Below, in pieces: positions 13,501 to 23,272 of a DNA stretch of 64,000 nucleotides. The DNA lies in contig NC_043006.1 of the NCBI RefSeq assembly GCF_006345805.1, positions 51,646,001-51,710,000 on the forward strand, written 5' to 3'. Positions within the stretch are counted from its first letter, which is position 1. Each line of letters begins with the position of its first letter. The notes under the pieces were generated by a model. It did no database searches. It saw nothing but the letters and a program-made list of their open reading frames with translations, and had not been told where the DNA came from. The translations under genes were made by a program, and so were the position numbers. Source of the DNA: Octopus sinensis (Eukaryota).

Positions 13501-14609
13501 GCATTGATGTACATGTGTGTGTGTGTGTGTGTTTGATGGGGTGTGGGAGACAGACAGTATGTTGTGTAAGTGAAGTGCTTCTGTTAGTGTGTGTGAAGAG
13601 ACAGAGAGAGATAACTGAAATTTTTTACTCGGTGTATGTGTATATGTATGTATGCATGTATGTGTGTGTGTGTATGTATCTATGTATGTGTGTGTGTATG
13701 TATGTGTGTATGTATCTATGTATGTGTGTGTATGTATGTATGTATGGCCGATTCAGTGTAATTTTTTACTCGGTGTATGTATATATGTATGTCTGCATAT
13801 ATGTGTGTGTGAGTATGTATCTATGTATGTGTGTGTGTAAGTATGTGTGTGTGTATGTGTGTATGTATGTATGGCCGATTCAGTGTACACTGAATCGGCC
13901 ATACATACATACATATACACATACACGGAGTAAATAATTACACTGAATCGGCCATACATACATACATACGCACACACATACATAGATACATACACACATA
14001 CATACACACACACACATACATGCATACATACATATACACATACACCGAGTAAAAAATTTCAGTTATCTCTCTCTTTCACACATTACTCTCTCTGTCTCTT
14101 CACACACACTAACAGAAGCACTTCACTTACACAACATACTGTCTGTCTCCCACACCCCATCAAACACACACACATACACACATGTACATCAATGCTTTGA
14201 TAACTTCAAAAGAAATTCCCTCGTCATAAAATCGCTTCCTCTTAGTCTCTTTCGTTCTCATTACTTCAAATGTTCCCACAAGGCCATATGTAAAAAAATA
14301 AAAGTTTTTTTACAGAAATCATCGACGGAAACGTGCTACTACAAACGAAAGATCGCCTCGATTTCTCTTAGTCTCTTTCGCTCTCATTACTTCAAAAGTT
14401 CCCGCAAGTCCATATGTAAAAAAAAAAGAAGTTTTTTACGGAAATCGACGGAAAGGTCTACTAGAAACGAAAGATTACCAAAATTATTTATTTTGTGTTT
14501 TATTTATTTTGCTAGGTAGTCATTGTAGGATCGACTAGTCACGACTAGCTAGCGCGGATGCGCGAGTACGCGAGTGCGCACACCGGGACCACTCTTCTTA
14601 AGTAGTACC
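9886..14609. mobile_element. Mutator(MULE)/foldback-like element with nested internal palindromes
   Basis: ~83-bp TIRs ggtactgcttaagagcggtggtcccgg... / ...ccgggaccactcttcttaagtagtacc. 9-bp TSD ccattgtgt (9877-9885) / ccactgtgt (14610-14618). Confidence 0.85.
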
Positions 14610-14654
14610 CCACTGTGTTTTAAGAAGAAAATAAAGTATATTCAACAGACTTAC

Positions 14655-14693
14655 AATAGGTGCCTCGTTCAATGAACTGGCAGATCTTTCCAT
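14655..14693 (-). CDS. CFAP119: CFAP119-like paralogue B, coding exon 1 (MERSASSLNEAPI)
   Basis: Minus-strand ATG at 14693, 39 nt, donor ATT|GTAAGT. Phase 0 matches exon 2 at 3844. Confidence 0.7.
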
Positions 14694-15112
14694 TGGTAGA
14701 GCAATTAATGTAGACATTAGAGTGGTGGTGGTAGTGGTGGTGACAGAAGAGTATAGTGTAGTGTTGATTTTGTAATAGTGGTATTTGTGGTGGTAGTGGC
14801 AGTGTGGGTGTAGTGGTTGTAGCGGTGTTGTGACTGTTAGTAGTGAGATTGTTACATGGACACGGCAGTGGGAATGTAATTGTAATGGTAATGGTGGGGT
14901 TTTGACAGTGATAGTTGTGATGGTGCCGTGACAATGGTGATAAAGTGATAGTAGTTACAGGAGTAGTGGTGATGTCGTGTAAGTGGTATTGCAGGTGTAT
15001 AGTGCAGTGATAGTGAAAAAAAGCCACGGTAGCTAGTTGCAGAGTAGTTGCAATAGTGAATAAAAAATATTTATGATCAATTGTTTGAAATCTGAAAAAT
15101 ACAGAACGCTTC

Positions 15113-15127
15113 GTTGTCAATAGCAAC
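15113..15127. promoter_or_regulatory. RFX X-box in the shared divergent promoter
   Basis: GTTGTC-AAT-AGCAAC fits GTNRYY-N0-3-RGYAAC. It lies between the ATGs of two ciliary genes. Confidence 0.65.
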
Positions 15128-15205
15128 AAGTGTAGGGGAGATAACTTTGACATCGACTGAGAAAAAAACCGTTACAGTTAACAGTTGAATAAGACGAAGC
15201 TAGTT

Positions 15206-15226
15206 ATGGCTTGTAGTCAAAAATCA
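15206..15226 (+). CDS. CFAP119: CFAP119/CCDC189 gene A, coding exon 1 (MACSQKS)
   Basis: ATG at 15206 and donor TCA|GTAAGT. Phase 0 matches exon 2. X-box ~80 bp upstream. Confidence 0.7.
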
Positions 15227-15954
15227 GTAAGTGCAAAATTTTACAAAATATAATAAATTAGTATGTCGATAGGCCCGGGAGAAGTCGAGCGGTCTACATA
15301 AACTATTTCTATTTAATAAGTAAACGTTCCGTATTTTTCATGTTTCAGATTGCTGTACACCCTCACCACTTTAATCTCTAAATTAACTTTACAATATGTC
15401 AGTAAGCAATAATATTACTTTGGTTAGTCTATTGAAAGATACTTCATTATTTTCTCTCTCTCAAAGATATTTCTACAAAACTCCAGAAAAACTCTAACAG
15501 AAACCACTTGGGAAATCATTTTAAAAACTTGCTCAAAACGGAAATAAATAGGTAATGTGATGAATGAATACCAGTTTCTTCATGTTTATGCGGCATTCAA
15601 ATAATTAAAAATAACAACAAAAAAAAGTAGGAAGCAAGGTTGACTGACTGTAGATAGTTGGAACAGGAAATGATGTTAAGGATGAAAATTAAGTCGTTTA
15701 CCCAGTATTGAAATTGATAACAAAGTCAAAGAAGAGGTGTGTGCTGTGCGTGTTTGTGAACATTGGATTTACTTGAACTGTTTTGAAGAAAGCAGAAAAT
15801 TTGGAACTAACAGCAAGTTCTTGTTTATCTACAAACATAGCAGATGTTCATAGTGGCACTTGCACTTATGTATTTCTTACTGTCTTAGAAAAAAAAATGT
15901 CTTGCATGTTCCAAAAGCATATGAAAGAACTTTAACATGCTCAAAATATGGCAA

Positions 15955-16037
15955 AGGTAAAAAATACGCACACCACCCGTTTTCGGCGATTAGGGTTAGG
16001 GTTACGCCAAAAACGGGTGATGTGCGTATCTTTACCT
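15955..16037. repeat. Short hairpin element with a telomeric (TTAGGG)2.5 loop
   Basis: Stem ggtaaaaaatacgcacaccacccgttttcggcg / cgccaaaaacgggtgatgtgcgtatctttacc, loop attagggttagggtta. Confidence 0.85.
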
Positions 16038-16277
16038 CCACCCAAAACTTTGAGACCAACTTTTTTTTCCTCATATGTCTTATATGTTTCTTACAGACTG
16101 AAAAGTTCAGACATTTTAAACATTATCTGTATCAATCAAGGAGAGCCTATAATGTCTGTTAGAGTTATCCTACTTTCTCTGACTAAATGATTAAAAAAAG
16201 GGGGTCATATCTAGATATGCTTAAATCTTTAACTAATTAACTCTTTGGTTAACTACATTCTATTTAATTTTCTCCAG

Positions 16278-16309
16278 CAACCTGGTCGTCAGCTTCAGAT
16301 CGTTATTTG
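16278..16309 (+). CDS. CFAP119: CFAP119 gene A exon 2 (QPGRQLQIVIW)
   Basis: ttttctccag|...TTTG|GTAAGT, 32 nt. Corresponds to the vertebrate PRPRICMW segment. Confidence 0.85.
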
Positions 16310-16523
16310 GTAAGTTTACTCTTATTTAGATCTGATTTAGCACAACAGGCAGCCACTCCATTACCCATGCATATCTAAACCCACAAGCAGATTACAACAA
16401 TAGCATCACACACAGTCCCTGCGACACCCTAGAAATATTTAGACACAAAGACAATACTTTGGAACACTACTATAAAACCAACACACCGCCTTTGCAACAC
16501 TTCCAGGTATATTCAAATACATC

Positions 16524-17008
16524 AGTAATACCATAGAATAATATTACATATTATTACATATGGTATTTCATTCACTAAACACTTAAAAGTAGCGTTCTAG
16601 CATGGCCACCGTCAAATGACTGATACATGTAAGGGAAAAGAATAAATATATTTTGGAATGTTGCAGTGCGTGTTTTAGAATGTTGACCTTATATAAAAGT
16701 TCTGATATGTTGTTCGTATCTTTAGATGTTTCTGAGAGTAATACCATAGAATAATATTACAACCTTTCCTCCTTCTGAAATATCTAAACACATCGACAAC
16801 ATATCAGAATGCTACTACAATACCAACACTCTCAGAAATATCTAAACATACGAACAACATATCGGAACTTTTATATAAGGTCAACTTTCTAAAATATGCA
16901 CAAGCGCTGCAACATTCCAAAACGTATTTATTCTTTTCCCTTACGTGTATCAGTCGTTTGACTGTGGCCATGCTAGAGCACTACTTTGAAGAGTTTAGTG
17001 AATGAGAT
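16524..17008. repeat. Local inverted duplication (~175 bp); left arm flanked by a 25-bp direct repeat
   Basis: 16565-16740 is the reverse complement of 16828-17008. agtaataccatagaataatattaca occurs at 16524 and 16737. Confidence 0.85.
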
Positions 17009-18589
17009 TGGCCTCAATAATATTTGAAGAGTTTAGTGAATGAAATTGGCTTCAGTAATATTTTAGGTCTGGTATGAAAAGAGACAGATAACATCTATCG
17101 TGTCTCTTCACCAATCCACAAAGGAATGGGGACTTGAACAAACCAACAATAAATCAACACTAGTTGCCAAGTGGTAAAATATAGACACAAACATAAAGCC
17201 ATGTGTGCATGTACACACACACTCATACACACACACACACACACACACACAAGGGGCTCTGCTCATTTTCCCTCTGCCATATTCCCTTGCAAGGTATTGG
17301 TAGTTCCCAGGAATATAAGAAAAACATTCTGAATCTCTAACTACATGGTTGCAAAGCAAACTTCTTAACCACACAACCATGCCTGCACCTGAAGGCACTT
17401 CAATAACACATTAGTACATCACAGCACCAGCACACCAGAAATCTCTACTTAATCTAAGAAGATATTGGTGTTATATAGTGTTGAGATAGAAATATGAAGT
17501 TTGTTATGTTGTTATGAATAAAATCATCTGCATTCTTCAAGAAATGTATGTTGCAAGTGGCTGCCTCAATTTCAACCTGGCCCATTTTCTTTTTAATTAG
17601 AAAGTTTGTGTAAACAGAACTATATTTTCAAACTGAGTGATGATATGATAAAAATAAATAGACATAACTAGCTTAGAAGCTGCTCTATTGGATGGCTTTT
17701 AAGCTAGCTCCTGGGGAGGGAACTTTATTGGGCCTTGGGCCCAACAATGACACTTCATGCATTGAGTACATATTAAATTTTATTAAACTTGACCAATATT
17801 TTTCAAGCAATGAACAATTTTCATCAAAACAATGATATAATTTGTCGACTTGGAACTTAGTACAAAGCTGAATGATAAACATTTTTTGTCTTCCCATCTG
17901 AAGATCAGTACAATTTTTTTTTTCTGTCTAACCTCTTTCTTTCTCTCTCTCTCTTTCTGTTGATTGTTTTCAACAATCACCAGTACCACCACCAACTTCA
18001 CCACAACTGCTATACACATACCAGACTTCTGACGCCACCACCATCAATACCTTTGACTTCGTTGCCTTCTCCTCCACCACCATCACCACTATCTTTCACA
18101 TCACTTACTATCACCATCATCCTTGACAGCCTCGGCTACCATTACCACCAACACCAGCACCACTGTTGCCTCTGCCTCTATCACAACTACAGCTCATACT
18201 GTTACTATCACCCCATTACCATCACAACTGTCAATCTACTACCGCCCTCACCATCTCTATGCCTAATATTACTCTCACCCCAGCTGGAGGGATAGTAGAA
18301 GTGAGAGAGAGAGAGAGAGACAGAGAAATTTTAACAAATTAAACAAAAATTATAATATATTAGAGAACACTGGATGTGTGAAATAGTATCATAAAGGAAA
18401 GAAATTAGGCAAAAACAATAAAAATTAAATATTGTGGCTCTTTCAACTATTTCCTAGCTTGTATTTGATTAATATATTGTTTGCTGTTCATTGCTCTTTA
18501 TCAGTAGGGAAATAATTTTACATGTGACTGGAATGGCTTGGGACTTGCTGAATAGTATATTAATGTTTTTACTATTGAAATTACCACAG

Positions 18590-18655
18590 GGCAGACTTGG
18601 GCCCAAAGCAATCTGCAATGCTTAAGAATGCTGAAAAACTGAATGATGTAAAAAA
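18590..18655 (+). CDS. CFAP119: CFAP119 gene A exon 3 (ADLGPKQSAMLKNAEKLNDVK)
   Basis: taccacag|...AA|GTAAGT, 66 nt, phases 2/2 join exons 2 and 4 in frame. Confidence 0.88.
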
Positions 18656-18904
18656 GTAAGTATGTATTATTGAAAATTAGCTTTTATTATGTTGGTGTTT
18701 CTGCAAATTTATCTTAGGTAAAGGAACCAGTCATACTAGGGGCTACTTTTCTAGCTATAATAGTGATTGCTTTTATTAGTACCTTTAATGCATTAATTTC
18801 AACTTTAGAACATTTCTGCTTATCAATGCTCTCTAGTACCATCTTCTGTTCCTTATAATCTTATTGTAATAAAGTGGGATTGCTTTAGTATATATTGGTA
18901 ATCC

Positions 18905-20125
18905 TTTCTACTATAGGCACAAGACCTGAAATTTTGGGAGTGGTGGCTAGGTGATTATATCAATCCCTGAAAGGACGAAAGGCAATGTTGACCTCAGCAG
19001 AATTTGAACCCAAATGGATGGAATGTCACTAAGCATTTTGTCCGGCATACTCTTTTACTTGTTTCAGTCATTTGACTGCAGCCATGCTGGAGCACCACCT
19101 TTGGTTGAGCAAATCGACCCCAGGACTTACTCTTTGTAAGCCTAGTACTTATTCTATCAGTCTCTTTTGCCAAACTGCTAAGTTATGGGGATATAAACAC
19201 ACCAGCATCGGTTGTCAAGTGATGTTGGGGAGACAAACACAGACACACAAACATATACACACACATACATATACATATATATACAATGAGCTTCTTTCAG
19301 TTTCCGTATATATACAATGAGTTTCTTTCAAGCGATGTTGGGGGGACAAACACACACACATATATACATCTCTATATATATAAACGGTAAAATGTCTGTG
19401 TGTGTGTCCTCTCTACAAATCCACAATTTTTCAGTTAGAGGGCTCGCACTTTCTATGGTCATTCAAAACCATCCAAGGATGGTCGTGCACATCTTTACAT
19501 TTCCCCAGTCACTCTGCAAAGCCATTAAAAAATCAATAGAAGTGACTTTTTTGTGAATTTTCTATCCAAAACCCAATCAAAATGCCTGAAACTTGATACG
19601 CCAATTGAATGCCAGCTAGCTGTATGTGATTGGTTGGAGATTTGGACAGTACTCGCGTTTATGTGCGCATGCATGCACTAGCACTATGACCTGGTGTTGC
19701 CGGGTCATAGTGCTAGTATACATATATACGATGGGCTTCTTTCAGTTTCTGACTACCAAATCCACTCACAATGCTCGACGCTATAGTAGAAGACACTTAC
19801 CCAAGGTGCCACGCAGTGGGACTGAACCCGAAACCATGTGGTTAATAAGCAAGCTACTTACCACACAGCCACTCCTGCGCCTATAATGATTTTGCCAGTT
19901 CACTGCCTTAGTCTATAAATGATGGATTCAAATTTTGGCACAAGGTCAGCAATTTCAGGCAAATTACATTGACCTCCCAGTGCTCAACTGGTACTTGTTT
20001 TGTTGACCCTAAAAGGATGAAAGGCAAAGTTGACCTTGGTGGAATTTGAACTTAAGTTGTGAAGATGGATGAAATACTGCTAAGCATTTTTTCAGCTTGC
20101 TAAAAATTCTGTCAGTTCACCACCT
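18905..20125 (-). mobile_element. Nested tRNA-SINE cluster (two families)
   Basis: Meta-like copies at 18905-19045 and 19925-20125. A ggcgcaggagtggctgtgtggtaag-headed SINE spans ~19050-19882. Confidence 0.75.
19369..19716 (+). mobile_element. Non-autonomous Helitron
   Basis: 5' TC(TCTATATATA), 3' hairpin ending CTAG, inserted between A and T. Confidence 0.8.
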
Positions 20126-20344
20126 TAGTCTCTTTAAATAATATATTAGATTTCTACATTAGATGGAATATTTCTACTTCCATCATTGCTATTTACTTAT
20201 AATTATGCTGTAACAAACTGTACTTAACATGAGCCAACAAAGGAACATCTATGCGACTTGCTGCAAATAACAACCAAGTCTTCTTCAAATTGCATCTCAT
20301 GTTTTAAATAATGAACACATTAGGCGCAGGAGTGGCTGTCTGGT

Positions 20345-20700
20345 GACTTCAATCAGTTATGGGCTGATGTTGTACTTTTTCATTGTGGCCCTTAGCACTT
20401 CATGCCAAACCTCGTCAGAGACTTTTTAAAAAATCATTGAAGACATGTGTAATTCTTTTTGATGTTCTAGAAATCATTGAAGACATGTATAATTCTCTTT
20501 GATGTTCTAGACATCATTGAAGACTTGTACAATTCTCTTTGATGTTCTAGAAATCATTGAAGGCATGTATAATTCTCTTTGATGTTCTAGACATCATTTA
20601 AGACATGTATAATTCTTTTTGATGTTCTAGGTATTATCCCCCAAAGACTTTGTGATTAAATATTTGTTCCATGGTGCTTGTTTCCCTGAAACCAGCCATA
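20345..20700 (-). mobile_element. RTE-type RT fragment containing a 40-bp x5 minisatellite (20431-20630)
   Basis: Minus-strand LEHQKELY..FNDF*KVSDEVWHEVLRATMKKYNI. Unit aaatcattgaagacatgtataattctctttgatgttctag. Confidence 0.75.
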
Positions 20701-20776
20701 GAAACCATGCCAAAATAAACATTGGAGCTTGATGCAGTTCTATGGCTTTCCACTTCCTGTCAAACCATCTAACTAA

Positions 20777-20930
20777 TTTTGCTGTGTCTGGGGTACGTCA
20801 TTCTCTTTTAGTATCTTATTATTTAACACACTCACTGGTAAGGTTTTTCCAGAAAAAATAAATAAGTAAATGAGTGGAAACTTTAACAGTGAGTGTATTA
20901 AATAATACACTCCCCAGACACAGCAAAATA
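20777..20930. repeat. Small inverted-repeat element
   Basis: ttttgctgtgtctgggg...acactcactg / cagtgagtgt...ccccagacacagcaaaa. Confidence 0.7.
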
Positions 20931-21104
20931 TGCTTCAACACACAAACTCACATAAAGAATCTTGCAAACCAAGTCCAAAAACGAAACATCTAATGCCAGT
21001 ATGGAAAACAGACATCAATTGATGATTATATTCATAATATACTTGTATCTTTTTCTTCCTTCAAAATTTTTAGGATATATGTGTACCTAAATAAGGTTTA
21101 TGAG

Positions 21105-21450
21105 TGAAGGTCCATGACTCATTGGGCTTACAATCATTAGGTTGTGAGTTTGATTCCCAGATGGGGCTGTGTGTTGTGTTCTTGAGCAAGACACTTTATT
21201 TCAGGTTGCTCCAGTTCCCTCAGCTGTAGAAATAAATTGCTACATTACTGGTGCTAAATTGTATCGGCCTTTGTCTTTCTCTTGGACAAAATTGGTGGCA
21301 TGGAAAGGAGAGACTGGTATGCATGGGCGACTGCTGGTCTTTCACAAACTATCTTACCCAGACTTGTGCTTCAGAGGGGTACTTTCTATGTGCACTCCCA
21401 TGGTCATTCATGACCAAGGGGTGGTGGGTGGGGATGGTGGGGGTCTTTAC
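21105..21450 (+). mobile_element. tRNA-derived SINE; second copy at 22082-22385, related copies at 1-160 and 28215-28480
   Basis: gagtttgattcc B-box, then gttgtgttcttgagcaagacactttatttca core. Confidence 0.75.
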
Positions 21451-21605
21451 TTTGTAAATAAAGCAAGCCAAGATACAACTCCTGGTATATCACAAAAGTT
21501 TTAGTGAATTTTAAATAAAATCAGTAACAAATTTTTTGGATTGCATAATTTGTTTTGAAAGATGGTCTGATAATATATTTTCTTTTTCAAATCTCTGTCT
21601 TTCAG

Positions 21606-21775
21606 TATCCTTGCTGAAATTTTCAATCTCTGTAATTCCTCCGAACAACACAAAGAAAAAATTCTACTCAACCTTTACACATATGCTGTGCAATTTGCTA
21701 GAGAAGAACAGTTCACAGTTGAACAGTTGTCTGCCCATTTTTCCATTGTAAAACTTGTTCATGAAGCTTGTGTGG
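21606..21775 (+). CDS. CFAP119: CFAP119 gene A exon 4 (ILAEIFNL...LLNLYTYAVQFAREEQFTVEQLSAHFSIVKLVHEACV)
   Basis: ctttcag|...GTGG|GTAAGT, 170 nt. Resembles the CLAMP/C1a-32 domain segment [23 protein letters not shown]...LHKAC. Confidence 0.92.
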
Positions 21776-22033
21776 GTAAGTTAAATACTCAAAAGCTGAG
21801 ATATAGAGTGATTTCTATCAGTTTATGTCATATTGATTCTGTTGTTGTGAATGATAATGATGATGACCTCCTCCTCCTCCTTCTTCTTCCATATTACAAC
21901 TACATAATGAAGATGGGTATGTGGCCCCAAAGGTGCCCTCACCATTGCTCATTAATGAATCTTGGGTACTTCAGGAAGGCTAATACCATAATTACTTTAT
22001 TTTCCAGAATGTGATGCCAGACAATATTCGCAG

Positions 22034-22084
<51 letters not shown>

Positions 22085-22417
22085 CATCACAATCATGAGG
22101 TAGTGAGTTTGATTCCTGGACTGGGTTGTGTGTTGTGTTCTTGAGCAAGACACTTTATTTCACATTGCTCCAGTTCACTCATCTATAGAAATGAGTTCTG
22201 ATGTCACTGGTGCCAAGCTGTATTCCTTTGGATAACATCAGTGGTATGGAGGGGGAGACTGGTATCCATGGGCAACCGCTGGTCTTCCATAAACAACCTT
22301 GCCCAGACTTGTTTGGAGGGTAACTTTTTAGGTGCAGTCCCGTAGTCATTCATGACCGAAGGGGGATGGAATCTTTACCCTTTATATAAATATATATATA
22401 TATCTATATATATATAT

Positions 22418-22618
22418 TGTCGAGTGGTACCTGCAGTTGTTGAATGGTACCTGCGCGAACGGAAACGACCACTCGGAAGGCCTCCACGACGGTGGAGTTA
22501 CGATTTCAGGAGGACGATTGGGATCACATGGATGAAAAAGGCGCGAAAAAGGCATGCTGTGACCAGTGGTGTCAAATGTACGCCCGACGGACTGGTCGGT
22601 CAAGGTGATCAAGGTGAT
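22418..22618 (+). mobile_element. RTE LINE 3' fragment inserted in (TA)n
   Basis: EWYLRERKRPLGRPPRRWSYD motif and (caaggtgat)n tail. Confidence 0.8.
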
Positions 22619-22792
22619 ATATATATATATATATATAATGTTCAAAATATGGAGTAGATGAAACAGTGGATAACTGATGAACGGATTGTTCTTTATTTTG
22701 CCTGTCTCGTTTTTCTTGTTGCTTACATTTTTTTATGCCCTGTACCCATATATGCATATGTATATACATATGTATGTAAGTATGTATATGTA

Positions 22793-22833
<41 letters not shown>

Positions 22834-23272
22834 TTTAAGTAATTGAGATTCAAGTGAATTCTAATGAATTCAAATGAATATGGTCCTTAACTAGGATGCA
22901 CCGGAAATCTATATGGTGTTAACCATACGACAAGTGGGGTGATTACAAATAGGAAAAAAAGCAACAAGAATGGATTAATCCATTCTTGTTGCTTTTTTTC
23001 CTATATATATATATCGGCTGTCCATTGTATGCTGATGTTGACTGTTTGTGTTCAGTAATTGTCTCTGGCAGGCTTACATGTGGGCTATTAAGACCTGCTC
23101 TTGATCCACAGCAGTGATGACATCTGCTGCAGGTAAAGCTACATGATACAATGGAGAATTTAGTGAAGCCATGGTGTGAAGCAGGGGTGCATGCTTGCTC
23201 CTGCACTCTTCTCTCTCTACAGTGCAGCTAACTTGACACCATAATGGTCACTCTGCACCAGGGGGTTTTTAC

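Noticed and set aside
9886-14609. Endogenous parvovirus or linear-plasmid hairpin termini
   Set aside because: No NS1/Rep, capsid or polymerase motifs seen; TIRs plus a 9-bp TSD favour a DNA transposon.
14620-15153. 177-aa T/H/P-rich ORF (also 17960-18295)
   Set aside because: Low-complexity (GTG/GTA)n sequence; only 14655-14693 in another frame is supported as coding.
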